14,582 bases of DNA from Patescibacteria group bacterium (GCA_004321885.1 SCQK01000010.1:1-14582); one strand, 5' to 3'; shown: positions 1 through 7,101, counted from the stretch's first letter. Translations and numbers: made by a program. Notes: a model not told the origin generated them from the letters alone.

Positions 1-1
1 C

Positions 2-1564
2 GAAACGATGACAAACAGGAATGCCGGGACCCAGGACCCGGGAACATTGGTGGACGGGTCGTTTGAAATCGGCAGAAGAAATTACGCCTCCGGGTATTAT
101 TATTACACTGGTTCTATTGATGACGCGCGCGTGTATAATCGTGTTCTGTCGGCCAGCGAAATAATGCAACTATACAAAATGGGAGTGGCCAAGGTGGCCA
201 AAACCCCCACGCCGGCCGCCGGAAGCAACTCCCTCAAAACCGGCCTGGTGGGCTGGTGGACTTTTGACGGCGCCGATGTGACGACGAATACCACGACCGA
301 CAAAAGCGGGAACGGGAACAACGGGGCAAGAGGCGTTGGCACAACAGTTGCCACCGGCAAACTGGGACAGGCAATGAAGTTTAACGGCTCCACTGAAAGT
401 ATTTTGGTTACTGATTCGCCATCTTTAAGTATCACGGACAAAATTACTATTTCCGCCTGGGCCAAGTGGACAACCGGCGGTTCTGATTCCGACGCGTATC
501 TTCTAAGTAAAGGAACGGATAAGTATAATTTCCTTATTTATGCCGTGGACGCCGGCAAGATGACTTTTTTGATCAGCGCGTTGTCTCCAAGCACCACTTT
601 AAAAACAGTCGGTGCTTATAACAATAACAAATGGCATCTTTTTACAGGAACATACGACCCTAACGGCGGTACAAACAACATAAAAATATACGTGGATGGC
701 GTATTGGAAAATCAGGCAACTAAAACCGGTTCGCCATCCGACGACGCCAATGGTCTGGGGATAGGCAGATATGGCACTGGCGGGAATTATCGCTGGAATG
801 GCTCCATTGACGACGCCCGCGTGTACAATCGCGTCTTGACGGCTGCCGAAGTAATGCAACTATACAAAATGGGAGTGGCCAAGGTGGCCAAAACCCCCAC
901 TCCGTCCGCCGGCAGTAACTCGCTCAAAACCGGCCTGGTGGGTTGGTGGACAATGGATGGCAGGGATACAACGGCTACCGCCGTGAACGACAAAAGCGGT
1001 TCCGGCAATAATGGCACTCGGACAGGCGGCAAAGTCGCGAGCGGCAAATTGGGACAGGCAATAAAGTTTAATGGAAGCACAGAATACATTACCACGGTTG
1101 ATAGTCCGTTTGATTTTGGCACTGGCAATTTTACAGCCGCGGCCTGGTTCAAAGTCAGCACCCAAGCGGAAGCTAACGCGATTTTAGATAAGTATGGCGC
1201 CGGCGGCGCGGGAGACAAGGGGTGGATTTTGTGGGCTAATTCTACCGGGAACAATAAATTGCTGGGTTTTATTGATAATGGAAGCGTTGATATGACCGGA
1301 GCGACCTCGCTTGTTGTCGGGAGATGGTATCACGCCGCGCTGGTAAGAAATGGCGACATTGGTTATTTGTATTTGAATGGTGTCCAAGACGCAAGTTTAG
1401 GCGGGTTGGCCGCGAGAAATGCTGTTTCTAATGTAGCGATGCAGATTGGCTCAGAAAATGGCAGCGCGACCTATGCTTTTAACGGCTCTATTGACGACGC
1501 CCGCGTCTACAACCGCGCCCTGTCGGCCAGCGAAATAATGCAGTTGTACAAGATGGGGAGATAA
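2..1564 (+). CDS. 5'-partial surface-type protein built of tandem LamG (concanavalin A-like lectin/glucanase) jelly-roll domains
   Basis: ORF 8..1564 is open to the window edge (no stop in frame at 2..7). The product has three copies of the LamG C-terminal strand motif GSIDDARVYNR(V/A)L(S/T)A(S/A)E(I/V)MQLYKMG at about 229-aa spacing. Each copy is preceded by a beta-rich segment (..SGKLGQA(M/I)KFNGSTE.., ..WHLFTGTYD.. / ..WYHAALVRNG..). The first motif lies only about 35 aa into the ORF, so the first domain must begin upstream of the window. Stop is TAA at 1562..1564. Confidence 0.75.
   Translation, partial: ETMTNRNAGTQDPGTLVDGSFEIGRRNYASGYYYYTGSIDDARVYNRVLSASEIMQLYKMGVAKVAKTPTPAAGSNSLKTGLVGWWTFDGADVTTNTTTDKSGNGNNGARGVGTTVATGKLGQAMKFNGSTESILVTDSPSLSITDKITISAWAKWTTGGSDSDAYLLSKGTDKYNFLIYAVDAGKMTFLISALSPSTTLKTVGAYNNNKWHLFTGTYDPNGGTNNIKIYVDGVLENQATKTGSPSDDANGLGIGRYGTGGNYRWNGSIDDARVYNRVLTAAEVMQLYKMGVAKVAKTPTPSAGSNSLKTGLVGWWTMDGRDTTATAVNDKSGSGNNGTRTGGKVASGKLGQAIKFNGSTEYITTVDSPFDFGTGNFTAAAWFKVSTQAEANAILDKYGAGGAGDKGWILWANSTGNNKLLGFIDNGSVDMTGATSLVVGRWYHAALVRNGDIGYLYLNGVQDASLGGLAARNAVSNVAMQIGSENGSATYAFNGSIDDARVYNRALSASEIMQLYKMGR
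110..1564 (+). repeat. Intragenic tandem repeat inside the LamG gene. About 150-nt blocks of high nucleotide identity at 110..262 and 800..952 (period 690 nt). A third partial copy at 1484..1564 (period 684 nt)
   Basis: Direct comparison: ggttctattgatgacgcgcgcgtgtataatcgtgttctgtcggccagcgaaataatgcaactatacaaaatgggagtggccaaggtggccaaaacccccac.. versus ggctccattgacgacgcccgcgtgtacaatcgcgtcttgacggctgccgaagtaatgcaactatacaaaatgggagtggccaaggtggccaaaacccccac... These encode the domain end plus the VAKVAKTPTP(A/S)AGSNSLKTGLVGWWT linker. Confidence 0.8.
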
Positions 1565-1570
1565 GCTATG
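1491..1570 (+). repeat. 80-bp direct repeat, copy 1. Covers the last 25 codons of the LamG gene, its stop, and the RBS plus ATG
   Basis: 1491..1570 matches 2185..2264 at 77 of 80 positions (mismatches at 1512/2206, 1549/2243, 1565/2259). In this copy the terminal ATG (1568) opens only M-L-L-V-stop. Confidence 0.9.
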
Positions 1571-1586
1571 TTACTAGTGTAGTATT

Positions 1587-1865
1587 ATGAAAGCCGAAAA
1601 AGTGAAGGAGATAGTGATGTATTGGCGCAAAACCGCCGAGCACGACTACGAAACAATGCTTGGGCTATTTAGAATTAAACGATATTCTGACGCGTTGTTT
1701 TATTTTGACAAAGCGACTGTTAAACTGCTGAACACCTTTAATGATTTTAATATTAGATGCAGGTACCCTGAATACAAGCTGGCGTTTTACAAAAGATGCA
1801 CCAGAGGATACGCCGGCAGACAATTGAAAGAGATGAAAAAAATTTACCACGGCTTGGAAAAATAA
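1587..1865 (+). CDS. HEPN-domain protein, the putative toxin or substrate-binding partner of the adjacent nucleotidyltransferase. Alternative start at 1617, which has a GGAG RBS
   Basis: Small all-helical product. AEHDYETMLGLFRIKRYSDALFYFDKATVKLL fits the HEPN first-helix pattern (A..D...A..l...g.y..A.f....A.EK.LK). C-terminal ..NIRCRYPEYKLAFYKR.. fits the HEPN R-Y-P..Y motif. It is paired with a minimal-nucleotidyltransferase gene. AT-rich relative to flanks. Confidence 0.55.
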   Translation: MKAEKVKEIVMYWRKTAEHDYETMLGLFRIKRYSDALFYFDKATVKLLNTFNDFNIRCRYPEYKLAFYKRCTRGYAGRQLKEMKKIYHGLEK

Positions 1866-2179
1866 TATGTCCAAAAAAAGCAAAATTAATAGCGAAACAA
1901 TACGCGAAAAAATTAAAAGAAAATAATTTTTCATTTTTTGCCGTATATATTTTTGGCTCGCAAATTAAGGGGAAATCGGATAAGTGGAGCGACATTGATG
2001 TGGCTGTCGTTTCCGATAAATTTAGAAGAAATTACGATAAAAATAGGTTTAAGTTGTGGGACATACGTTTGGAGGTGGACAGCCGGATAGAGCCGCATGG
2101 TTTTTCAGTGAAAGATTTTAAGGATGACGCCAATCCGGTGGCTTATGAAATAAGAAAGACCGGAGTAAAAGTGGCGTAA
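1796..2179 (+). CDS. Minimal nucleotidyltransferase (MNT, Pol-beta superfamily), putative antitoxin partner of the HEPN protein
   Basis: Product has the nucleotidyltransferase signature ..FAVYIFGSQIKGKSDKWSDIDVAVVSD.. (hG[GS] followed by the D-x-D metal ligands). ATG 1796 is the only ATG/GTG/TTG start in this frame downstream of the frame-opening stop at 1769..1771, so the gene overlaps the HEPN gene by 70 nt. The overlap makes the exact start uncertain. Confidence 0.6.
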   Translation: MHQRIRRQTIERDEKNLPRLGKIICPKKAKLIAKQYAKKLKENNFSFFAVYIFGSQIKGKSDKWSDIDVAVVSDKFRRNYDKNRFKLWDIRLEVDSRIEPHGFSVKDFKDDANPVAYEIRKTGVKVA

Positions 2180-2184
2180 ATCAG

Positions 2185-2264
2185 TTGACGACGCCCGCGT
2201 CTACAGCCGCGCCCTGTCGGCCAGCGAAATAATGCAGTTGTATAAGATGGGGAGATAAACTATG
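2185..2264 (+). repeat. 80-bp direct repeat, copy 2. A dead duplicate of the LamG gene 3' end (VDDARVYSRALSASEIMQLYKMGR-stop), then the functional RBS/ATG of the 2262..2768 gene
   Basis: See copy 1. The reading frame of the duplicated gene end is not part of any long ORF. GGGGAG lies 9 nt upstream of ATG 2262. Confidence 0.9.
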
Positions 2265-2768
2265 CCAACAAAAAGACGAATTACTTCAATTCAGCCGGTT
2301 GAGGCGCCGCCGGAAATTGCGGCGAAAAAGACCGTGCCCAAGTGGGTGGTTTTTGTTTTGGTGGTTATTTTGCTCCTGGTTAGCGGCGCTTTTGTCTGGG
2401 CCTATGCCAACAACGTGAGCGTTTCCAAAAAACTAATCGTGGATTCGGTGGACGCGCAGAGGCAGGAAGTGAAGAACCAAATAAAAGAGCTGGTGGCGCA
2501 GGTGAACAGGCATATTGTTTTGCCCGAGGGCGAGGAACCGACCGTGGCCACGATAAATGATGCCGAGACCCTGGCCAAAACCCAGCCGTTTTACACCGGG
2601 GCGCATAATGGCGACAAAATTTTGATTTATGTTCGCGCGCAAAAGGCCTTTATTTACGACCCGAATCGCGATGTGCTGGTGAACGTGGGGCCGGTAAGTC
2701 TACAGCCCAAGCCCGCGGCTCCGGCGCAGGAGTCGGCGTCGAAAAAAACCGGCGCCACGACAGAGTGA
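2262..2768 (+). CDS. Hypothetical membrane-anchored protein. N-terminal single TM helix then a soluble domain
   Basis: ORF with a GGGGAG RBS. Product has the hydrophobic segment WVVFVLVVILLLVSGAFVWAY after a K/R-rich N-terminus, followed by a soluble domain ending in a P/A-rich tail. No recognisable family. Confidence 0.6.
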   Translation: MPTKRRITSIQPVEAPPEIAAKKTVPKWVVFVLVVILLLVSGAFVWAYANNVSVSKKLIVDSVDAQRQEVKNQIKELVAQVNRHIVLPEGEEPTVATINDAETLAKTQPFYTGAHNGDKILIYVRAQKAFIYDPNRDVLVNVGPVSLQPKPAAPAQESASKKTGATTE

Positions 2769-2787
2769 TGATGAAAGGCCGATTCTA

Positions 2788-2816
2788 TTGAAAGTTTAGG
2801 TTGTCCGATGTAGAAT
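2788..2816 (+). promoter_or_regulatory. Sigma70-like promoter TTGAAA-N17-TAGAAT. The predicted transcription start coincides with the A of ATG 2823 (leaderless transcript?)
   Basis: TTGAAA at 2788..2793, 17-nt spacer, TAGAAT at 2811..2816. The -10 ends 6 nt before ATG 2823. Confidence 0.4.
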
Positions 2817-2822
2817 GGAAGT

Positions 2823-3017
2823 ATGAAGAAAGAAAATAATAAGCACAAATTTTATAGAGTATATGCGAATCTGCCTCTGAATTTAAGGTCGGAAATAATT
2901 TTAGTTTTGCCCGGGAAAGGGCCTATTACTTGGAATGTAGCGTATTTAGAAATTGAAAACGAGACTGAATTGGGTGAAATAATTTTGGAAAAATTGGAGG
3001 CATTGCAAATAATATAA
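2823..3017 (+). CDS. Hypothetical small protein (64 aa), acidic C-terminus
   Basis: ORF directly after the promoter. AT-rich. No recognisable motif. First gene of a tightly packed four-gene cluster. Confidence 0.45.
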   Translation: MKKENNKHKFYRVYANLPLNLRSEIILVLPGKGPITWNVAYLEIENETELGEIILEKLEALQII

Positions 3018-3020
3018 AAT

Positions 3021-3233
3021 ATGGAAATTGCGCAAGAAATAAAGGATTTGGTTGTGGCCAGATTGAAAACACTACCGGAGAATACCGGAATTTCCATAGG
3101 GTCCATGGGGAATTTTAGCAAACAAGATTTAATTTCTCACGTGGAAGAAGGAGACGAAGTGGGTCAAAAAATCGCGGAAGTGGAACTGTCTTTTTTGCGC
3201 GGGTTGAAAGACGACATTCTGTATGAATCATAA
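3021..3233 (+). CDS. Hypothetical small acidic protein (70 aa)
   Basis: ORF begins 3 nt after the previous stop. Its stop overlaps the next gene's start by 11 nt (translational coupling). No recognisable motif. Confidence 0.45.
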   Translation: MEIAQEIKDLVVARLKTLPENTGISIGSMGNFSKQDLISHVEEGDEVGQKIAEVELSFLRGLKDDILYES

Positions 3234-3867
3234 AATATTAATTACCCGCCCCAATTACGATTTGACAACTCGTTATATTTCAAGTTGGGCCAAGAATATT
3301 ATTAAATTTGCCGAAGAAAAGGGAAGCGTGGTGCTGGATTTGGAAAAGGAGCGGGCGAATCGTAAAGAATTTGAAAGCATGATAAGAAAACATGAGCCAC
3401 CGTTGATATTTTTAAACGGACACGGCGATTATGATTTAGTTACCGGGCAGGAGGAAGACGTGTTGGTGCGCGTCGGCGATAATGAGACTTTGTTGGATTC
3501 AAAAGTTGTTTATGCGCTATCATGTCGTTCAGGCAAGAAGTTGGGCCCCGAGAGCGTGAAGCGCGGAGCTAAGGCCTACATCGGATATAAGGAGGATTTT
3601 ATTTTTTTATACAACGAAGAACAAAAATCCAGACCCGAACAAGATAAAACAGCCGAGATTTTTTCAGAGCCGTCAAATCAGGTAATGGTTTCTTTGTTAA
3701 AAAATCACACGGCGAAAGAGGCCTGCAAGAAAAGCAAGGAATCATATTTTCGGCGGATTAGAAAATTGCTTTATAGCAAAGCTACGAGCGCGGAGAGTGC
3801 GGTTGTTAGATTTTTAATTTGGGATATGCAAAATTTGGTTTGCTATGAGCAAGAGGCGCAAAAATAA
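3223..3867 (+). CDS. Putative caspase-like (caspase-hemoglobinase fold, clan CD-like) cysteine peptidase domain protein
   Basis: Predicted alternating beta/alpha order: KILIT, helix, VVLDL, helix, PLIFLNGHG (His-Gly after strand 3), then VVYALSCRSG (Cys after strand 4). This is the topology and dyad placement of caspase/metacaspase/gingipain-type peptidases (compare metacaspase H-Y-S-G-H-G and D-S-C-H-S-G). The His-Cys spacing of about 33 aa is on the short side. Call is tentative. Confidence 0.35.
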   Translation: MNHKILITRPNYDLTTRYISSWAKNIIKFAEEKGSVVLDLEKERANRKEFESMIRKHEPPLIFLNGHGDYDLVTGQEEDVLVRVGDNETLLDSKVVYALSCRSGKKLGPESVKRGAKAYIGYKEDFIFLYNEEQKSRPEQDKTAEIFSEPSNQVMVSLLKNHTAKEACKKSKESYFRRIRKLLYSKATSAESAVVRFLIWDMQNLVCYEQEAQK

Positions 3868-3904
3868 CAACAAAACAAAACCAAAGTATTAAGTCAAGGA
3901 GAGT

Positions 3905-6055
3905 ATGCGTGTCTTGGCAGAAGAAAATTTTGAGAAAGAAGTCAAGGAAAATTTTTTGTTTCAATTTTTCGTTCCCAAAGCCGGCGTTTATTTTATTGAA
4001 ATCAGCGCGTCAGCCAAGAGCTGGTGGCAGAATTTATTAAAGTTTCGTTCGTTTTTTCGCGATGATGATTTGGCTTTAAAAATAGACGAGTCCGGATTTG
4101 ACAAACTTTCCGGCAAACGGGGCATATTTGATGGTGAAGCGGCGTGGAACGGCAACAAGTTGAAGAGTTTGGAGCAAACTATTGTTTTTTTACTGCCGCT
4201 TGGCGCCGGGGCGCACAAAATACAATTTTTTTCCGACCAAAGACCGGTTCTAAAAAAAATTATTGTCTACGAAAGTGGGAGAAATATTTTATATTCGCCG
4301 TCACCCGCGTCGCCGCGGGATGGCAATCGCAGGCCATGGCTGACGTTCGCATTTAAGGACCTTGTGATAAAAAATCTAAAAGTGAAAGCCAAAGCGGACG
4401 CGGACAAAGACGATTCTGATATTAAACTTGTAATTAACGGTCAAGTTGAAAAAAACGAAGAGTCAAAATCGCACCATGGCTGGTATTGGTGCGGCCGTGT
4501 TTTGAAAGGGAAAGCTAAAATTTTTGATAAAAGTTTTAATCGTTCGGAAGGAAGCGCCCGTTTTATTGAATTTTGGACTGATGGAATGCCGTTGTTAGAA
4601 GAGATTAAAATGCGAGTGACGGAAAAGGGGGTTGAAAAAACCGGTCGGGTTGTCGTGCGTAAGGACATTGTCGGTTCGGGATTGTCGGAGGTAAACCTGC
4701 GCGCGGCGGCTGATGAGAATGGCGATATAACCGGGAAGATAAAAACAGGAGAAGAGGTGTTGATAGATGAAATAGCTGTTTCGGGTAGTAATGTGGCGGG
4801 TATGCTGTCAAATAATTGGCATGGAGTTTATTATAATGGAATGAGCGGGTATGTGCACTCTTCTCTCATAGAACTTGCGGGGCAAGAGAGAAAAAGAATT
4901 ACCGATTTTATTCAAACCAAAGCCGGAGAATTGGGGATTGATAAAAATTTAGCCTTGAATTTGGCTTACTGCGAATCAAAGTGGCTACCGTTCGCGATTT
5001 CGGAAACCGGGAATAAAGGCATTTTTGAACTCGGAGGGGATACAATAATTGAGATAAATGGGAAATTAGGCGGTAATATTCGCGACCCTTATGACCCGTG
5101 GCAAAATATTGACGGGGGCCTGAAATATTTGAGGTTTCTTTTAGAGAGATACAAAGACACAGAAAATAGTTTGGAAAAATCCATTACCGCGTGGAGCCGC
5201 GGACCGGACAGAGTGCCGTATAACAAGCCATTTGTTTACGCCGAGCAATCCAGAGGAGCGCAGGCGCTTCTTGATGGCGTTTTGAAATCAAAGGCAGGAG
5301 AGAATATATTAAAAGCACTCGGGGCGCTGGTTGTTTTTTTGATTTTAGGTTTTGGGGCCATTGCCTTCGCCTCAAGCGGCGACAACGCAAGGGAGCGGCT
5401 GTGGTATTTGAAATTGGAGCGCGGAGTTGAGCTTGGACTGGAGCACGCGGCCTGGCTCGTGGACATTGGCGAGGTTGACTTGGCGGACTTTGAAGATGAT
5501 TTTGATTTGGACGGCGAGTTTGAAAAAGTCCAATTTTTTGTTTTCCCCTCAAATGTTGATGACGGGTATTTTACCCGCGTATTTCTTTCGGCGACTGAAT
5601 ATTTTGACGTGGACGGCATATTTATAGAGGGCAAAGGTCTTGATTTAAACGGCGGCGGAGAAAAAGAGCTTTTTGTCAGGACTGTGAAAGATGATATTTT
5701 TAATTTGTATATTTTTAGTTTGCGGGATAAAAAATTGCGTTTGTTTCCAGTGTATGACAACGAGATTACGCGGGAAAATGTAAAGAGCATTAAGTCAAAA
5801 TTTAGAATAGAAAACACACGCACTGGTGATGGAGATGGGAATGAGGCGGTTGCCTTTATAGCCAAACGAGCCAATTATAAGGGAGAATATTGCGATTGGT
5901 ATAACACTTTGGAATATTACGAGTGGAATGGAGTCGGTTTTGAAAAAAGTAGGACAGAAGCAGAGCCGCTTTTTCCGGAGGGTCATTGCGCCGCCCCAAG
6001 CAGTAGACCCGAATTATATGGCCCTGCGCCCACCATACAATGGTCGGTGAATTAA
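3905..6055 (+). CDS. Multidomain protein. N-terminal beta-rich region, then bacterial SH3 (SH3b) domain, then SLT/GH23 lytic transglycosylase domain, then a single TM helix, then an acidic C-terminal domain
   Basis: AGGAGA RBS at 3895. SH3b match: VNLRAAADENGDITGKIKTGEEVLIDE...WHGVYYNGMSGYVHSSLIEL. SLT match: LAYCESKWLPFAISETGNKGIFELGG (catalytic E-S then A.S..G..G motif), DPYDPWQNIDGGLKYLRFLLERY (DP..NI..G..YL motif) and ITAWSRGPDRV (AYNAG-like motif). One hydrophobic helix ILKALGALVVFLILGFGAIAFASS at about residue 470. No N-terminal signal peptide. Confidence 0.8.
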   Translation: MRVLAEENFEKEVKENFLFQFFVPKAGVYFIEISASAKSWWQNLLKFRSFFRDDDLALKIDESGFDKLSGKRGIFDGEAAWNGNKLKSLEQTIVFLLPLGAGAHKIQFFSDQRPVLKKIIVYESGRNILYSPSPASPRDGNRRPWLTFAFKDLVIKNLKVKAKADADKDDSDIKLVINGQVEKNEESKSHHGWYWCGRVLKGKAKIFDKSFNRSEGSARFIEFWTDGMPLLEEIKMRVTEKGVEKTGRVVVRKDIVGSGLSEVNLRAAADENGDITGKIKTGEEVLIDEIAVSGSNVAGMLSNNWHGVYYNGMSGYVHSSLIELAGQERKRITDFIQTKAGELGIDKNLALNLAYCESKWLPFAISETGNKGIFELGGDTIIEINGKLGGNIRDPYDPWQNIDGGLKYLRFLLERYKDTENSLEKSITAWSRGPDRVPYNKPFVYAEQSRGAQALLDGVLKSKAGENILKALGALVVFLILGFGAIAFASSGDNARERLWYLKLERGVELGLEHAAWLVDIGEVDLADFEDDFDLDGEFEKVQFFVFPSNVDDGYFTRVFLSATEYFDVDGIFIEGKGLDLNGGGEKELFVRTVKDDIFNLYIFSLRDKKLRLFPVYDNEITRENVKSIKSKFRIENTRTGDGDGNEAVAFIAKRANYKGEYCDWYNTLEYYEWNGVGFEKSRTEAEPLFPEGHCAAPSSRPELYGPAPTIQWSVN

Positions 6056-6112
6056 AAAATTTTAGGAGATATATGTTAAATATTTTTAACGTAAAAAATC
6101 ATAACGGGAACC

Positions 6113-6191
6113 GCGATACCCCCTCCTCACCTCCCCCTTATAAAGGGGGAGGAGTCGCCGCCGCCGGTAATTCCTCCCCTATAAGGGGAGG
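6113..6191. repeat. Family-1 hairpin elements, two adjacent copies. ATACCCCCTC...CCTCCCCC-TTATAAA-GGGGGAGG at 6113..6152. A shorter CCTCCCC-TATAA-GGGGAGG at 6173..6191
   Basis: Perfect 8-bp stem with 7-nt loop at 6130..6152. The same 23-mer recurs at 8589..8611, and the 5' flank ATACCCCCTC recurs at 8575. Lies in the intergenic region after the 716-aa gene; no T-tract follows. Confidence 0.7.
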
Positions 6192-6270
6192 GACAACCCC
6201 CCACGCCAAAAATTTTGGTGTGGGGGTAAAGGGTGGGGTTAAAACAAATTTCACCAAATATCAGGACCCG

Positions 6271-7101
6271 GAAAAGGGGATGAGCGGCGGCCAGCTCAAA
6301 TGGAGTTTGTGGTTTTCGGGCCGTCGGGTGATTTTTTACCGGGCCGCGCTTATTTTTGTCGCGGCCGCGGCCATAATTATCTGGCTGTTCAGCCTGTGGC
6401 GTTGGGTATTTTTTATCATAGAAATTCCCGATGCCAGGCGCGTGCGCGCCGAGCTCGCCCGCTTTGACGATTATAGCATCATCAATCAACGCATCGGGTT
6501 TCAGCCGGTGCAGATTTTCGGCGCCCAGTTTTTGGCGAGCGGGAAAGACAAATACGACGTCGCGGCCGAGATGTTTAATCCGAACACGCGGTCAGTGGTG
6601 TTTTTTGATTATTATTTTTTTTATAATAATACCTCCACTCCAAAACAATCCGCGTTTTTATTGCCGGGCCAAAGGCGGCCGCTGGTGGCTTTGGGCCTGG
6701 CCGGCGCCGCGGGCGAGCCGGTTTTGCATATAGAAAACGTGAAGTGGAAAAAAATTTCCGCTCACGATGTCAGCGACCCGAAGCAGTATCAGGATTATCG
6801 CCTAAATTTCGCGGTGACGGATTTTGTTTTTTCACCGGCTTCGGAAAGCGGGGCCGATTTTCCGGCCGTGAAATTTAATTTGACCAATAACGGTCCGTAC
6901 AGCTATAATGCCCCCAAGTTTTTGATTGGGCTGACGCAAAATGAGGAGCTGGTGAGCGTTTTTAGGGCGGATTTTGCTTCGTTTGCGTATGGCGAGACAA
7001 AAAATATGGATATTCGGCTGTTTGTTCCGAATGCCTCGGCCGCGGGCGCGATTGTTTATCCGCTCATAAACATTTATGATAAGGAGGCCTATCTGCGATG
7101 A
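6271..7101 (+). CDS. Hypothetical membrane-anchored protein (N-terminal TM, then extracytoplasmic domain). Translationally coupled to the SEDS gene
   Basis: The ORF track gives 6040..7101, but the first 77 codons are low-complexity readthrough of the palindromic repeats. ATG 6271 is preceded by GAAAAGGGG. Product has a TM segment ALIFVAAAAIIIWLFSLWRWVFFII. Stop TGA overlaps the ATG of the next gene (ATGA at 7098). Confidence 0.6.
   Translation, partial: EKGMSGGQLKWSLWFSGRRVIFYRAALIFVAAAAIIIWLFSLWRWVFFIIEIPDARRVRAELARFDDYSIINQRIGFQPVQIFGAQFLASGKDKYDVAAEMFNPNTRSVVFFDYYFFYNNTSTPKQSAFLLPGQRRPLVALGLAGAAGEPVLHIENVKWKKISAHDVSDPKQYQDYRLNFAVTDFVFSPASESGADFPAVKFNLTNNGPYSYNAPKFLIGLTQNEELVSVFRADFASFAYGETKNMDIRLFVPNASAAGAIVYPLINIYDKEAYLR

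Noticed and set aside
103-1387. Minus-strand ORFs 103..465, 787..1254, 860..1165 and 1184..1387 inside the LamG gene
   Set aside because: They are antisense to a well-supported repeat-domain gene. They mirror its internal repeats and have no start context. Treated as frame artefacts.
2823-3233. Idea that the 64-aa and 70-aa proteins are paralogs of each other
   Set aside because: Hand alignment gives only a vague shared pattern of acidic/hydrophobic residues near the C-termini. Too weak to claim.
5236-5874. 212-aa minus-strand ORF (S/K-rich) and other antisense ORFs inside 3905..6055 (3988..4218, 4441..4811, 5184..5552, 5795..5986)
   Set aside because: Antisense to a gene with strong SH3b/SLT motifs. 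Low-complexity composition, no RBS.
6040-6270. N-terminal 77 codons of ORF 6040..7101 (..PSSPPPYKGGGVAAAGNSSPIRGGTTPHAKNFGVGVKGG..)
   Set aside because: Low-complexity translation of the CCTCCCCC/GGGGGAGG hairpin repeats. A good RBS precedes the in-frame ATG at 6271, and the real protein starts with a TM segment there.
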